This document shows, piece after piece, positions 17,425 through 27,147 of a stretch of 54,484 bases of DNA. A program made the translations under genes and the position numbers. The DNA lies in assembly GCA_021203005.1 (NCBI GenBank), contig JAJQCB010000158.1:1-54484 (forward strand), read 5' to 3'. Every line of letters starts with the position of its first letter. The first letter of the stretch is position 1. This DNA comes from Clostridiales bacterium. GTDB taxonomy: Bacteria; Bacillota; Clostridia; Lachnospirales; Lachnospiraceae. The notes beneath the pieces are model-generated. The model did no database searches, was not told where the DNA came from, and saw nothing but the letters and a program-made list of their open reading frames with translations.

Positions 17425-18342
17425 TCAATCGCCTATGGTCTTCGGCACTTTAAAACCGCCGTCTTTTTTCACCGGTGCGTTCGCGAGCGTCGCCTCGCTG
17501 CCGTCCCCGTTGGTCACAACATCCTCACGGAATACGTTATTGACCGGGAACACGTGGGACATAGGCTCGATGCCGGTAGTATCCAGTTCGTTCAACTGGT
17601 CGATATAGTCCAGCATGTCCGCCATATCCTTTTTCGCCGCCTCGGCCTCCTCCGGGGAAAGCTCCAGCTTTGCAAGAATACCCACATATTCCATGGTCTC
17701 ATCGGAGATCACGTTGCGAAGTTTTCCGTCCTCACCCATGACCTTAGTCACGTGGTTGGAAATCTCTTCTTCCGGCTCAGGATCTTCTGTCATCACAGCA
17801 GCACTGACTACTTTCGCGGAAATTCCCAGATCCACGATGCCGGTGTTGTTCCATCCGGCTCTCTTTAAAATACCTTCCCGCTGCATGCCGCATTTTTCCA
17901 TCACTTTACCGGCATTGGAATTCTGCACGTCATACTTCGCCCAGACGCGGCCGGCTCCCACCTCGCCCATCAGGAAACGCAGCACTTCCGCCAGGGCTTC
18001 CGAGGTATAGCCGTGATGCCAGTATTCCTTTCCCACACGGAAGTCTATCTCCATGCTGTTCGTTTTCTCCTGTATCGATGCAACTTCGATCGCACCGATC
18101 GGCTGCTCGATATCGTTAAGCTCAATTGCCCACCGGTAGGTCTCATCGCGTTCATATTCTTTTTCCCATTTTTCCAGAAATGCTGCCGTGGTCTCCACGC
18201 TCTCCTGGGGTTCCCAGGTGAGGTATTTCGTCACTTCCGGGTCGCCCGACCAGTTGTAAAACATGCTCTCCGCATCCTCCGCGGTAAAACGGCGCAGGGT
18301 CAGACGCTCTGTTGCCAGCATTTGCGTTCCCAAATGTTTCAT
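17425..18342 (-). CDS. gatC: Fusion: RimJ/RimL-type GNAT acetyltransferase (N-terminal) + GatC (C-terminal, about 17425-17718)
   Basis: [20 protein letters not shown] and [20 protein letters not shown] motifs; acidic linker; then [17 protein letters not shown]...FREDVV...FKVPKT (GatC). GAAAGGAG RBS before 18342. Confidence 0.9.
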   Translation of the reverse strand: MKHLGTQMLATERLTLRRFTAEDAESMFYNWSGDPEVTKYLTWEPQESVETTAAFLEKWEKEYERDETYRWAIELNDIEQPIGAIEVASIQEKTNSMEIDFRVGKEYWHHGYTSEALAEVLRFLMGEVGAGRVWAKYDVQNSNAGKVMEKCGMQREGILKRAGWNNTGIVDLGISAKVVSAAVMTEDPEPEEEISNHVTKVMGEDGKLRNVISDETMEYVGILAKLELSPEEAEAAKKDMADMLDYIDQLNELDTTGIEPMSHVFPVNNVFREDVVTNGDGSEATLANAPVKKDGGFKVPKTIGD

Positions 18343-18378
18343 ATATGCGCTCCTTTCTTTCATCTATCTTTTATTCTC

Positions 18379-18630
18379 TTTACTCCGCAGTGCTCACTCA
18401 AAACGCTTCGCGTTTTCTCTCGTCTCTCACTGATTCCCTTTACTCCGCAGTGCTCACTCAAAACGCTTCGCGTTTTTCTCGTCTCTCACTGACTCCATTT
18501 ACTCCGCAGTGCTCACTCAAAACGCTTCGCGTTTTTCGTTTTCCGGGCTTCGCCCTATCGGCTTTGCAAAAAACACATCTGCGTTCATGCCAGCATGACG
18601 CATCTGTGTTTTCTGCAAACCCGGCACTGC
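18379..18630. repeat. Triplicated ~60-bp unit continuing into a ~125-bp highly structured REP/MITE-like element
   Basis: 38-bp core TTTACTCCGCAGTGCTCACTCAAAACGCTTCGCGTTTT at 18379, 18439 and 18498; closing stem GCAGTGC 18506-18512/GCACTGC 18624-18630; internal CTTCG-loop hairpins. Confidence 0.85.
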
Positions 18631-18642
18631 TCATGGCCTACG

Positions 18643-19974
18643 CTAAGGCTCTAACCTACTCAAATCCCGCGGGAACAGTGTAACCTCCCGCACATTTTCC
18701 TCCCCGATCAGGTGCATGGTCAGACGCTCGAGGCCGATGCCCAGACCGCCGTGAGGCGGCATGCCGTGTTTAAATGCAGCGAGGTAATGTTCCATCCCCT
18801 CGGTCTCCATACCTCTGGCCTCAATTTTTTTAAGCAGCTCGTGATAATCGTGGATTCGCTGCCCGCCGGTGGTAATCTCCAATCCGCGGAACAGCAGGTC
18901 AAAACTTAAGGTGTATGTCGGATCCGCCGGATCATCCATAGCATAAAACGGCCGTTTTTTGGAAGGATAGTGAGTGACAAACACAAAGTCCGCATCGTAC
19001 TCTTCCTTAAACAATCTTCCAATGAGAAGCTCCTCCTCCGGCTCCAGATCAAACGGATTACGGAACTTCCGATCGTATTTTTCCGCCACCATCTGCTTGG
19101 CCTCATCGAAACGCACCTGCGGAATCTGATCCGTACGCGGTGTCTCAATGCCAAGAATCTCCAGATCAGCCGCGTATTCGCGGTTCAGCAAGTCCATGGT
19201 ATATTGCAGAAATCCTGTCTCCATGGCCATAATATCTTCAAAACTGTCGATATACCCCATCTCAAAATCCAGAGATGTATACTCATTCAAATGACGCTTG
19301 GTGTTGTGCTTTTCCGCACGGAACACCGGCCCGGTCTCAAACACCCGGTCAAAAACGCCCACCATCATCTGTTTATAAAACTGAGGGCTCTGCTGCAAAA
19401 TCGCCGGGCGATGGAAATATTCCAGCTTAAACAGGTTCGCCCCTCCCTCAGCACTTTTTGCGCCAAGCTTCGGCGTGTGAACCTCGGTAAAGCCCTGCCC
19501 GTAGAGAAAGTCGCGGAATCCCCGGGTGATACCCTCCTGCAGGCGGAACTTCGCGCGCTCCCGGATATTGCGGAGGGAAACCGCCCGGTTGTTCAACTTT
19601 GCCTCCAGGGAAGTGTTCATCTTCCATTTGGAAATCTGCAGCGGCATCGGTTCCGCCGGTTCCGACAGAATTTTGACCGTCCGGATGCGAATCTCAAACC
19701 CCTGCGGCGCCCGCTCCTCCCGGTTTACAACGCCTGCAAATTCCACTGCAGCTGCCTCTTTGATTTCCTTCAGATCAAAATCAGAGACGCCCTGTTCCCA
19801 GACACACTGCAGAAGACCTTCCCGTTTGCGCAGAACAATAAACGCCACCTCGCCCATATCCCGGATGGTGTGCACCGCCCCGTTGACCCGGACCTCGCAG
19901 CCATTCAGATTTTGTGAACGGATCTCGCTGATTTCCAACGTCTCCTTCGGTGTTACTCCTGTGATTACTTTCAT
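18643..19974 (-). CDS. aspS: Non-discriminating (archaeal-type) aspartyl-tRNA(Asp/Asn) synthetase
   Basis: 443 aa, no GAD insertion; SAEGGANLF, LQQSPQFYKQ, FRAEKHNT.RHLNEY, EITTGGQRIH, GMPPHGGLGIGLER; adjacent to gatCAB. Confidence 0.93.
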   Translation of the reverse strand: MKVITGVTPKETLEISEIRSQNLNGCEVRVNGAVHTIRDMGEVAFIVLRKREGLLQCVWEQGVSDFDLKEIKEAAAVEFAGVVNREERAPQGFEIRIRTVKILSEPAEPMPLQISKWKMNTSLEAKLNNRAVSLRNIRERAKFRLQEGITRGFRDFLYGQGFTEVHTPKLGAKSAEGGANLFKLEYFHRPAILQQSPQFYKQMMVGVFDRVFETGPVFRAEKHNTKRHLNEYTSLDFEMGYIDSFEDIMAMETGFLQYTMDLLNREYAADLEILGIETPRTDQIPQVRFDEAKQMVAEKYDRKFRNPFDLEPEEELLIGRLFKEEYDADFVFVTHYPSKKRPFYAMDDPADPTYTLSFDLLFRGLEITTGGQRIHDYHELLKKIEARGMETEGMEHYLAAFKHGMPPHGGLGIGLERLTMHLIGEENVREVTLFPRDLSRLEP

Positions 19975-20080
19975 GATACTGTACTCCTTTTCCTGTTAGT
20001 GTATCCCCGGAACTGTCCCTGAAAAATTCTCTTTTTTATCCAGCCCCTGCCTTACGGCAAACTGTATAGTAATTATTCAA

Positions 20081-20335
20081 AAAGAAAACCCTGAGACATC
20101 TTATGACATCTCAGGGCGAAATAACTCTATTCCGCGGTACCACCCGCATTGGGAACATAACGCTCCCCACTCATACGCATAACGTGCGCGACCCGTACGA
20201 ACCTACTGAAGATTTTCGCATTCAGCCCGTCTGCTCCGGAGTGTTCCCTTTGTCTTCTCCTCCAAACAGCGCTCTCAGTCGGTGACGCTGTATTCCTGTC
20301 GGTCTCTGAAGATAAGAGTCTCCTTCCCTGCATTT
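20081..20335 (-). promoter_or_regulatory. T-box riboswitch leader, probable specifier AAC (Asn)
   Basis: T-box AATGCGGGTGGTACCGCGG at 20150-20132; terminator CCCTGAGA..TCTCAGGG+T-tract; stem I with AGAGA and ACTGAGA motifs; specifier loop GGGAACACTCC with AAC at 20245-20243. Confidence 0.88.
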
Positions 20336-20350
20336 CCCTTATGGTTTCGT

Positions 20351-20379
20351 ATGATAGCACATCGCAGATTATTTTGCAA
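20351..20379 (-). promoter_or_regulatory. SigA promoter of the aspS-gat operon
   Basis: TTGCAA-17 bp-TATCAT with an extended -10 TG, directly upstream of the T-box leader. Confidence 0.65.
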
Positions 20380-20405
20380 GGAAAAACATTTTTCAGCGCT
20401 TTTCC

Positions 20406-23400
20406 TTACACTTTTGCCTGTCCTTCCTTCTTACCTTTCCGTCTTTTCTTTTCGATCAGAAACCACCAGAACAGAACAATGATGGCTATGAGAGCCGCAA
20501 CCGCCACGGTCACAAACACCTTATTGGAAACAAACTGAATCCAGGGGTTGATAGTCAGCAGACAGCTCACCTCACTCAGCTCCGTGATATTACCGTCCTC
20601 ATCCACCAGATTCATAGTCGTGCTCTCGTTGCCGGCAGCATCCTGCGCCACTACCCTGAGGATCTGACGGCTATTCCTGCTGTTCATCGTGTAGGAGAAC
20701 GCACCGCCGGTAACAGTCTCGTAATCATAAGTTACTGACTCACCATCATTGGTGACGGTAACCGAATCAATACGGACATTATCGGAAGCGCTGATGGAAA
20801 TATCCATGCTGTCCTGTCTGTACTGCCCGCCGTCGGCCACGCCGGCTACCGTAACAGTCGGCGCCGTTTTATCCACCACAAAAGCCACTTTCTTTTCATT
20901 CCTGTTGCTGTTAGTCGCGCGGTCTACGGAAGTGAACGTCAGAACATATTCACCCTCATCCGCAAAATTCTCCCTGGCAACAGTATAGGTGTACTGCTTC
21001 CAGCTCTTATCACTTCCGCTGAACTTCACAGAATAATCGTCATCTTCGGTCAGGATGGTCAGACTGCCATTGGTGCTCTTCGCAATGCTGCTCTCCTCCA
21101 GCGTATCCACGTTCGTTTCGATCACGACAATATCCTGCTCCTCATCGGTGTAATACTTTCCATCCTCGCCTGCCAGTACGTCTGTCGCCGTATCAAAGGT
21201 GTAGACCGAACCGAAACGGTTGACGGAGAAGACAACAGACGCCTCCGCACTGTTGCCCGCCAGGTCATAAACCGTGGCTGTCAGGGTATACATATCATCC
21301 ACCGACTGTTCGTATGCGAAGTCATCTATTTTGACTTCCACACTGTCGCCGCTGACGGATGGCGCAAATCCATCGATTATCGTCACTCCGTTATAATAAC
21401 CGTCCAGTTCCACCACTATAGCGCTGGGGTCATAGTTCGTATCGCTGTAACGCACACCCGGAGCAACCACACCGTTATTCGCAGAATAGTTCTCAATGTC
21501 GAAAATCTCAATCACCGGATCTGTGGTATCCACCACAAAATGATCTTCCGTATAATCCTCCATCGGATTGGCGGCCATATCCGTACCGGAGAGGGTAAAC
21601 GTATACTCTCCGTCCGTGTTAAAGCTTACCGTCGCCACATTGTGGTCACCATTGGTGCTCCAGCCGGAAATCACCGGTGTGACGGCTGCGCCATCCTTTG
21701 TCACAGTAATCGTAACTGCGGCAGGATCAAAGTTGTGTTCATACACGTCAATGATTGCCGCACGGTTCGCGTCATAGTAGTACACATTCTGTGAACTATT
21801 GTTATCATAGGTTACCGTATAGGTCGGACTCGTCTGGTCCACGGTAAACTCATCCACCGTGGTATAATCCGCCTTGTTGCCCGCCAGGTCCCGGAACGCG
21901 ATGGTAAAGGTATAGTCTCCGTCCGCGCCAAACGTCACCGTCGCGATATGCTTCGTGTTATCGCCTCTGCCTGTGGTCGTCCAACTGCTGATGGCAGGCA
22001 TCGTTCCGTCCGTATTGGTAATGGTAAACTCTGCATCGTCCGGATCAAAGTTCCGCTCCGTGATGACCACTGTCGCTGTCCGCGCCGCGTTGTAATACGT
22101 TTCATTGGAAGCATTGTTATTATCCCACGTTACCTCGATGGTCGGTTTCGTGATATCAATATTATACTTCTGCTGCACAGAACCCGTGTAACCCGTATTG
22201 CTCACAAAGGAGGCATCCACGCTGACATCGTTTTCATTGTTGGCAGCAGAGGAAATGGTCAGGTTCTTTGAATAAGTATATGTGATGCTCTTCGTCTTTA
22301 CCGCTTCCAGATCTGAGCCCGCCGCTTCCGCATAATCGCAGCTCGAAAAAATCTGGCTGCCCGCCCTGTACTCATAACTCCGCAATCCGGAATAAGTCTC
22401 CTCCAGAGTAAGCTTAAAAGTTACATCCGTATTGTAGTAATCTACACCATCCACAGTCCGGCTCGGACTGGTAAGCGTGGTAATTGTCGCGCTGCCCGCG
22501 GAAGCAAACATGCCCGAGCTCTCCACGATCTGTCCTTCGGTCTTCTCTGTCTCGTTATCCGACCAGTCAGCCGCCACCACCCTGACAGTGCCCTTAAAGT
22601 TGCTGTTGCTGACGGGAATGGTAATACTGGCAGATTTGCCCTCCGCCGGCGCAGCGTCATCCCTCACTATCGTAGTAACCTTACCATTCTCATCTGTCAC
22701 ATAAAATGTGAAAGACTGAATTCCCGCAGTCTCGTCTTCTGCTCTGGCTGTGATGGTCAGCGTTGCGTTGGCAAAAATGTAACCCGGTGTCCTGTAATTC
22801 ACCGACCAGTAATCCGCCAAAGAAGATACGGAGTAGGTGAAGTTTACATCGATGGGATCATTCGCATCCACGCAGACATAGGGGTTATAACCAGAATCAA
22901 TCAATGCCTCATTGCCCGCCAGATCTTTATAGCCGGTAATCAGGAGGTTATAGTTAGCCTCGGTCGACAGAGGAATCGTGTAAGTGGTCTTGCCGGTGTG
23001 CATCGTCGCCGCAGCCAGACCATTGATATAAGCGCCGGCCCTTGTACTGCTGAAAATATTACTGCCTGCCGAGCCGACCAGGTATGCCTTGTCCCCCGAC
23101 ATCGCTTCGGTCAGCTCCTTATCACGAATATTTTTATCATCCACTGTCAGCTCCAGCTTCACTGATGTTGTGTCAAAGTAATCCCTGCTGTTCTTCGTGC
23201 TCATCACGGTGCCGTTGTAAGTACCTGTGATAACCGGTGCGGCAGTATCCAGAACCAGCGTTTCACTGGTATATGTCCCGGAGGCATACGCGGCGTCTGA
23301 TCCTTCCACCGTTTCACCGGCCACCATGTTGTTTCCGGCGGCATCCGCATAGAATACGGAGATAACGTAGTCATCGTCGCCGTCATCGGCATCCAGCACC

Positions 23401-26400
23401 AGATTTGCCGTATAGGTTATCCCCTGCTTATCCTCCCAGTCAATATCAGCGTAAACTTTTCCGTTCACTTTGATGGTGAATGGAGCAGCCGTTGCAGTAC
23501 CAGCCGTATCAATCCTGTTTTCCATGCTTTCTACAGCATAATCCTCTGTAATCGTCACAGCCATCTGAATCTTACCCTGCGTCTTTCCGTAAAACGCCGT
23601 ATATCCGGTGGTCGGTTTTGTAACGCCATATGCGGTAACGCCGTCACCATCAACAAGCTGATATGCATCATTATAACTGATCTCAACGACCGGCGCTGTG
23701 TGATCCAGGATAAACTGCGTTTTTTCTTCACCGGAATATGCTCCGGCTGTGCCTGTGCTTTTCAGTGCTACACTATCTACCGCAACCATCGCATTCCCGG
23801 CGCGGTCCTCATACGAAATTACCACATAGTAATTTGCGGGAGCCTCATCACCGTCAAATGTATACGCAGCCGTATGAGTACGCCCCTTTGTACTCCACTT
23901 CTCAATTTCATCCCCGGTAACGGATACAGAGACCCTGCCTGTCGTCTTGTTATAAATTTCAAAGGTCAGGGCGGACGCATCCCAATACGTGTCGTTGTCA
24001 TTTACCGACCAGATAATCGTCACATCATCTCCGCTCCTGTTGGCGTAAACGCCCGCCCCGTCTATCGTTGCGGTCGATTTTTCTTTGATAGAATATCCCG
24101 TCAGCACCGGTGCTGCATCATCCAGAACAATGATCATACTTTCATAGCCGCTGCTCGTCCCGACCAGCTTATCCGTGTGATCTGCAGTGGTCAGCGTATT
24201 CTGAGCGGCATCCTTATAGCCAGTCTCAATTACATACTCGCACTCTTCGTCTTCCACATAGGGAAGCTGAACCGCAGCTGTAATTTTTCCATTCCCAGGA
24301 TTTTTCCATACCACATCACAGGCTTGCGTCACACCATTCCGGATTACGACAATTTCAGGCTTCACAGGCTGATCGCCGCTTAAATATACATCATAATAAG
24401 TTTCCGTATAGGTCAGGACAATCTCTTCGTACTCTGCCGCCGAGGATGACCCCCTGCTGTAAAAATAATACCTGTTCCCGCCATCATTATATGTATTCTC
24501 ACTCACACTGCTGTTCTCGGGATAGGCGACAGACACGGCAGGGGCAATATCGTCCAGTACAAGGGTCGCAGTGCAGAAATCGTAATCCGCACATTCCGTC
24601 AGCTCCGTCGTCTCCCCTGCCAGCGCCAGACTGTTTCCCGATCCGTCTGTATAGCTGGTATAAACCACATACTCTGTCTCCTCCCCGGATACATAGGGCA
24701 GAGTGACAATATAGCTGATCGCGCATGACTCCTTATCATATGTACCCGCTTCAATCATCACATCGGCAGTCACATCGGCATCACCCGCAAATACCTGAAT
24801 CACCGGCTCCACAATCCTATCGTCATCTGTATAGGATTCAAAGAATTTTTCCTCATAGGTAAGTGTAACTGTCGGTTCCGCCACCTTACTCTCAGAGTAA
24901 TAATACACTCCATTATTCGAATATGTGGTCTCTGCATAGCTCACATCCACAGTCGGTGCCACATCGTCGAGAATAATATCGCCACTTTCAATCTCCTCAT
25001 TGTCAATTTCAGTGATTGCATTCCCCACATTATCCCTGATCTCAGATATCTTCAGGGTGTTTAACGTTGCGGCATCGGCGGATGTTAACGTTCCCCGCAT
25101 GACAGTGTAAGTCGCGGTAACCGCCGAACTTCCGCTTCCGATTGTGCAATCGACCGCGGAAACCTCATCTGCAATATCCAGGGTCACTTTATCAGCATCA
25201 TCTGAAGCTGCGGTTATCGCCTCTTTCAGGGCATCAATATCGATTCCCGACTGCATTGCTATAGAACCGCCATCTCTCACATAAAGTGTGAAACCGATTG
25301 TATTTTTACCAAAAACTTTCCCCTCCGTGCTGGTAAAGACATGTGACAAAGCAGTGGTAATACCGGAATCATAATAGTCGCCGGACGGATCCGAAGTATA
25401 TGCAACATAAACCGTAGATTCCGGAACTGTCTGATCTACCTTAAAGCTTACCGACTCTGTGTCGGTCTTTCCCACTATATTGGTAACAGTAACGGAAAGC
25501 TCATAGCTGCCATCCGTCAAAGCCGCTACCGCATCGTTAAGCAGCGCATCCAGGGTCCCGGAATAAGATGTCGTCGCATTTGTATAGACACCGCGGCTTG
25601 CATAATCCTTTTCGTCACTTTTTTCACTGGTTCCTGTCAGACTGTAAGAAATGCTGGCAATGCCGGCGTCGTCGCAGATCTCCAACGCAACACCCGGAGT
25701 ATGATCTTTCGTATACCAGTCTGCGTCATTGTAAGAAAACGTAGTTCCATCCAATGCTACCGTTGCTGTGGGTACAGCACTCGTCTGAGATGCGGTAATA
25801 CTCGTTGTTGAAAAATTTCCCGCCTCATCTTTCACAGTAAACGTATAAGTTCCAGAAGAGGTAATCCGGGCAGTAAGCGTTCCATCCTCCTCATACGCCA
25901 GTTCTATTCCGCTGTCGGAGGCAGTAAATACAGATGACAAATCATCCAATGCATAAGCAGTCTCGTAAGAATCCCCGGAAACAGTAATGAATGCCTCTGA
26001 CTTATCTGATTCATCCGTTCCCAGCTCATCACCAATCACATATACCGCGGTCAGGGCAGAATAAAAATAATAGGTATCCGACGCCGTATCTTTTGCAGTC
26101 ATATCAGCATCATTTACAACGGATGACTGCGTAATTTCAGGTGCTGCACTGTCCTGTTTTACGGTAAACGCATCCGAATACGCTTCATTTCCCGCTTCGT
26201 CGACTGCCTTTATCTTGTACGTACCTTCCTTTTTCACGGTTAACGTATACGCCCCTGCAGCACTGCCGGAAGCTATGTTCGCATAATCATCACCGCATTC
26301 AGCATAGAGATCCGTATCCGTCTCCCTGTACACGGATACAGCGGAAACTCCGGAATCATCATCAGAGACTTCCAGATCCAATATTTTATCATCACCCGTT

Positions 26401-26612
26401 TTCCAGTATGATGTCTCGAAAATTGTTCCAATTACCGGCGCTGTTGTGTCAACAAAAGAAGCAGAAACTATGTTCTGTGCAGATTCATTTCGCGCCCAGG
26501 CCAGAACATTCCACCCCTCAGGCAATGCCATGTTCGGGAGCAATCCTGCGATCACTGCCAGGGCCGGCACCACCGCCAGAATTTTCTTTCCCCATTTTGA
26601 TATCCTTCTCAT
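20406..26612 (-). CDS. 2068-aa acidic cell-surface protein with many Ig-like repeats and a C-terminal membrane anchor
   Basis: N-terminal signal peptide; recurrent D.AGN and D.TAP motifs; VNRFGSVY motif; C-terminal hydrophobic helix followed by KKRRKGKK; no LPXTG seen. Confidence 0.88.
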   Translation of the reverse strand: MRRISKWGKKILAVVPALAVIAGLLPNMALPEGWNVLAWARNESAQNIVSASFVDTTAPVIGTIFETSYWKTGDDKILDLEVSDDDSGVSAVSVYRETDTDLYAECGDDYANIASGSAAGAYTLTVKKEGTYKIKAVDEAGNEAYSDAFTVKQDSAAPEITQSSVVNDADMTAKDTASDTYYFYSALTAVYVIGDELGTDESDKSEAFITVSGDSYETAYALDDLSSVFTASDSGIELAYEEDGTLTARITSSGTYTFTVKDEAGNFSTTSITASQTSAVPTATVALDGTTFSYNDADWYTKDHTPGVALEICDDAGIASISYSLTGTSEKSDEKDYASRGVYTNATTSYSGTLDALLNDAVAALTDGSYELSVTVTNIVGKTDTESVSFKVDQTVPESTVYVAYTSDPSGDYYDSGITTALSHVFTSTEGKVFGKNTIGFTLYVRDGGSIAMQSGIDIDALKEAITAASDDADKVTLDIADEVSAVDCTIGSGSSAVTATYTVMRGTLTSADAATLNTLKISEIRDNVGNAITEIDNEEIESGDIILDDVAPTVDVSYAETTYSNNGVYYYSESKVAEPTVTLTYEEKFFESYTDDDRIVEPVIQVFAGDADVTADVMIEAGTYDKESCAISYIVTLPYVSGEETEYVVYTSYTDGSGNSLALAGETTELTECADYDFCTATLVLDDIAPAVSVAYPENSSVSENTYNDGGNRYYFYSRGSSSAAEYEEIVLTYTETYYDVYLSGDQPVKPEIVVIRNGVTQACDVVWKNPGNGKITAAVQLPYVEDEECEYVIETGYKDAAQNTLTTADHTDKLVGTSSGYESMIIVLDDAAPVLTGYSIKEKSTATIDGAGVYANRSGDDVTIIWSVNDNDTYWDASALTFEIYNKTTGRVSVSVTGDEIEKWSTKGRTHTAAYTFDGDEAPANYYVVISYEDRAGNAMVAVDSVALKSTGTAGAYSGEEKTQFILDHTAPVVEISYNDAYQLVDGDGVTAYGVTKPTTGYTAFYGKTQGKIQMAVTITEDYAVESMENRIDTAGTATAAPFTIKVNGKVYADIDWEDKQGITYTANLVLDADDGDDDYVISVFYADAAGNNMVAGETVEGSDAAYASGTYTSETLVLDTAAPVITGTYNGTVMSTKNSRDYFDTTSVKLELTVDDKNIRDKELTEAMSGDKAYLVGSAGSNIFSSTRAGAYINGLAAATMHTGKTTYTIPLSTEANYNLLITGYKDLAGNEALIDSGYNPYVCVDANDPIDVNFTYSVSSLADYWSVNYRTPGYIFANATLTITARAEDETAGIQSFTFYVTDENGKVTTIVRDDAAPAEGKSASITIPVSNSNFKGTVRVVAADWSDNETEKTEGQIVESSGMFASAGSATITTLTSPSRTVDGVDYYNTDVTFKLTLEETYSGLRSYEYRAGSQIFSSCDYAEAAGSDLEAVKTKSITYTYSKNLTISSAANNENDVSVDASFVSNTGYTGSVQQKYNIDITKPTIEVTWDNNNASNETYYNAARTATVVITERNFDPDDAEFTITNTDGTMPAISSWTTTGRGDNTKHIATVTFGADGDYTFTIAFRDLAGNKADYTTVDEFTVDQTSPTYTVTYDNNSSQNVYYYDANRAAIIDVYEHNFDPAAVTITVTKDGAAVTPVISGWSTNGDHNVATVSFNTDGEYTFTLSGTDMAANPMEDYTEDHFVVDTTDPVIEIFDIENYSANNGVVAPGVRYSDTNYDPSAIVVELDGYYNGVTIIDGFAPSVSGDSVEVKIDDFAYEQSVDDMYTLTATVYDLAGNSAEASVVFSVNRFGSVYTFDTATDVLAGEDGKYYTDEEQDIVVIETNVDTLEESSIAKSTNGSLTILTEDDDYSVKFSGSDKSWKQYTYTVARENFADEGEYVLTFTSVDRATNSNRNEKKVAFVVDKTAPTVTVAGVADGGQYRQDSMDISISASDNVRIDSVTVTNDGESVTYDYETVTGGAFSYTMNSRNSRQILRVVAQDAAGNESTTMNLVDEDGNITELSEVSCLLTINPWIQFVSNKVFVTVAVAALIAIIVLFWWFLIEKKRRKGKKEGQAKV

Positions 26613-26628
26613 TTCCTTCCTCCTCTTT

Positions 26629-27147
26629 CTATATTACTTCCTCCCCATTCTGCAGCAGTGAGGTAACCTGTCCTTCGCTCTGCAGTAGTAAAGTTGCCTG
26701 TCCTTCGCTCTGCAATAATGAGTTTGCCAGTTCTTCGCTCTGCAGTAATGATGTTGCCTGTTCTTCGCTCTGCAGTAATGAAGCTGCCTGTTCTCCATCC
26801 CGCAGCAATGATGATGCCGACCGGATCAGGTTTTCCACTTTCCGCGCCCCCGGCACCGCCGCCCCTGAGATGCCCATATCCGCTTTTAAATGTTCATCGA
26901 CATACTGCATATTATTCCGGGTCTTCCTGAACAGTCTGCCGCTCTGTGCAATTTCCTCCTCCATCTGCTGAATCTTGCGCTTTGCCATCCGTCCGGTCAG
27001 GTATCCAGAAACACTTCGGATATCCAGAATAAAAAAGAGAACCCCCGCCAGAACTGACAGGCCAATGCAGGCTGCCAGAAAAGTGAAAAACAGATTGCCA
27101 TATAATGTTATCCTGTCCATAAACTTCCTCCCGCTACTGGCTGCCAA
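26629..27147 (-). CDS. Single-pass membrane protein with C-terminal 10-aa repeats (probable start at MDRIT, 27120)
   Basis: Hydrophobic helix FFTFLAACIGLSVLAGVLFFIL; repeats resembling A(T/A/N)SLLQSE(E/G)Q. Confidence 0.75.
   Translation of the reverse strand: MAASSGRKFMDRITLYGNLFFTFLAACIGLSVLAGVLFFILDIRSVSGYLTGRMAKRKIQQMEEEIAQSGRLFRKTRNNMQYVDEHLKADMGISGAAVPGARKVENLIRSASSLLRDGEQAASLLQSEEQATSLLQSEELANSLLQSEGQATLLLQSEGQVTSLLQNGEEVI
26641..26820. repeat. Six 30-bp coding tandem repeats
   Basis: Consensus about TTCTTCGCTCTGCAGTAATGANGTTGCCTG at a 30-bp period. Confidence 0.85.

Noticed and set aside
18379-18535. Possible mini CRISPR array (three 38-bp repeats)
   Set aside because: The intervening 21-22-nt segments are nearly identical to each other rather than unique, and no cas genes are present; it is a tandem duplication.
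18312-18683. 123-aa ORF with repeated peptide (and 18013-18492)
   Set aside because: By-product of translating the non-coding tandem repeat, antisense to the operon.
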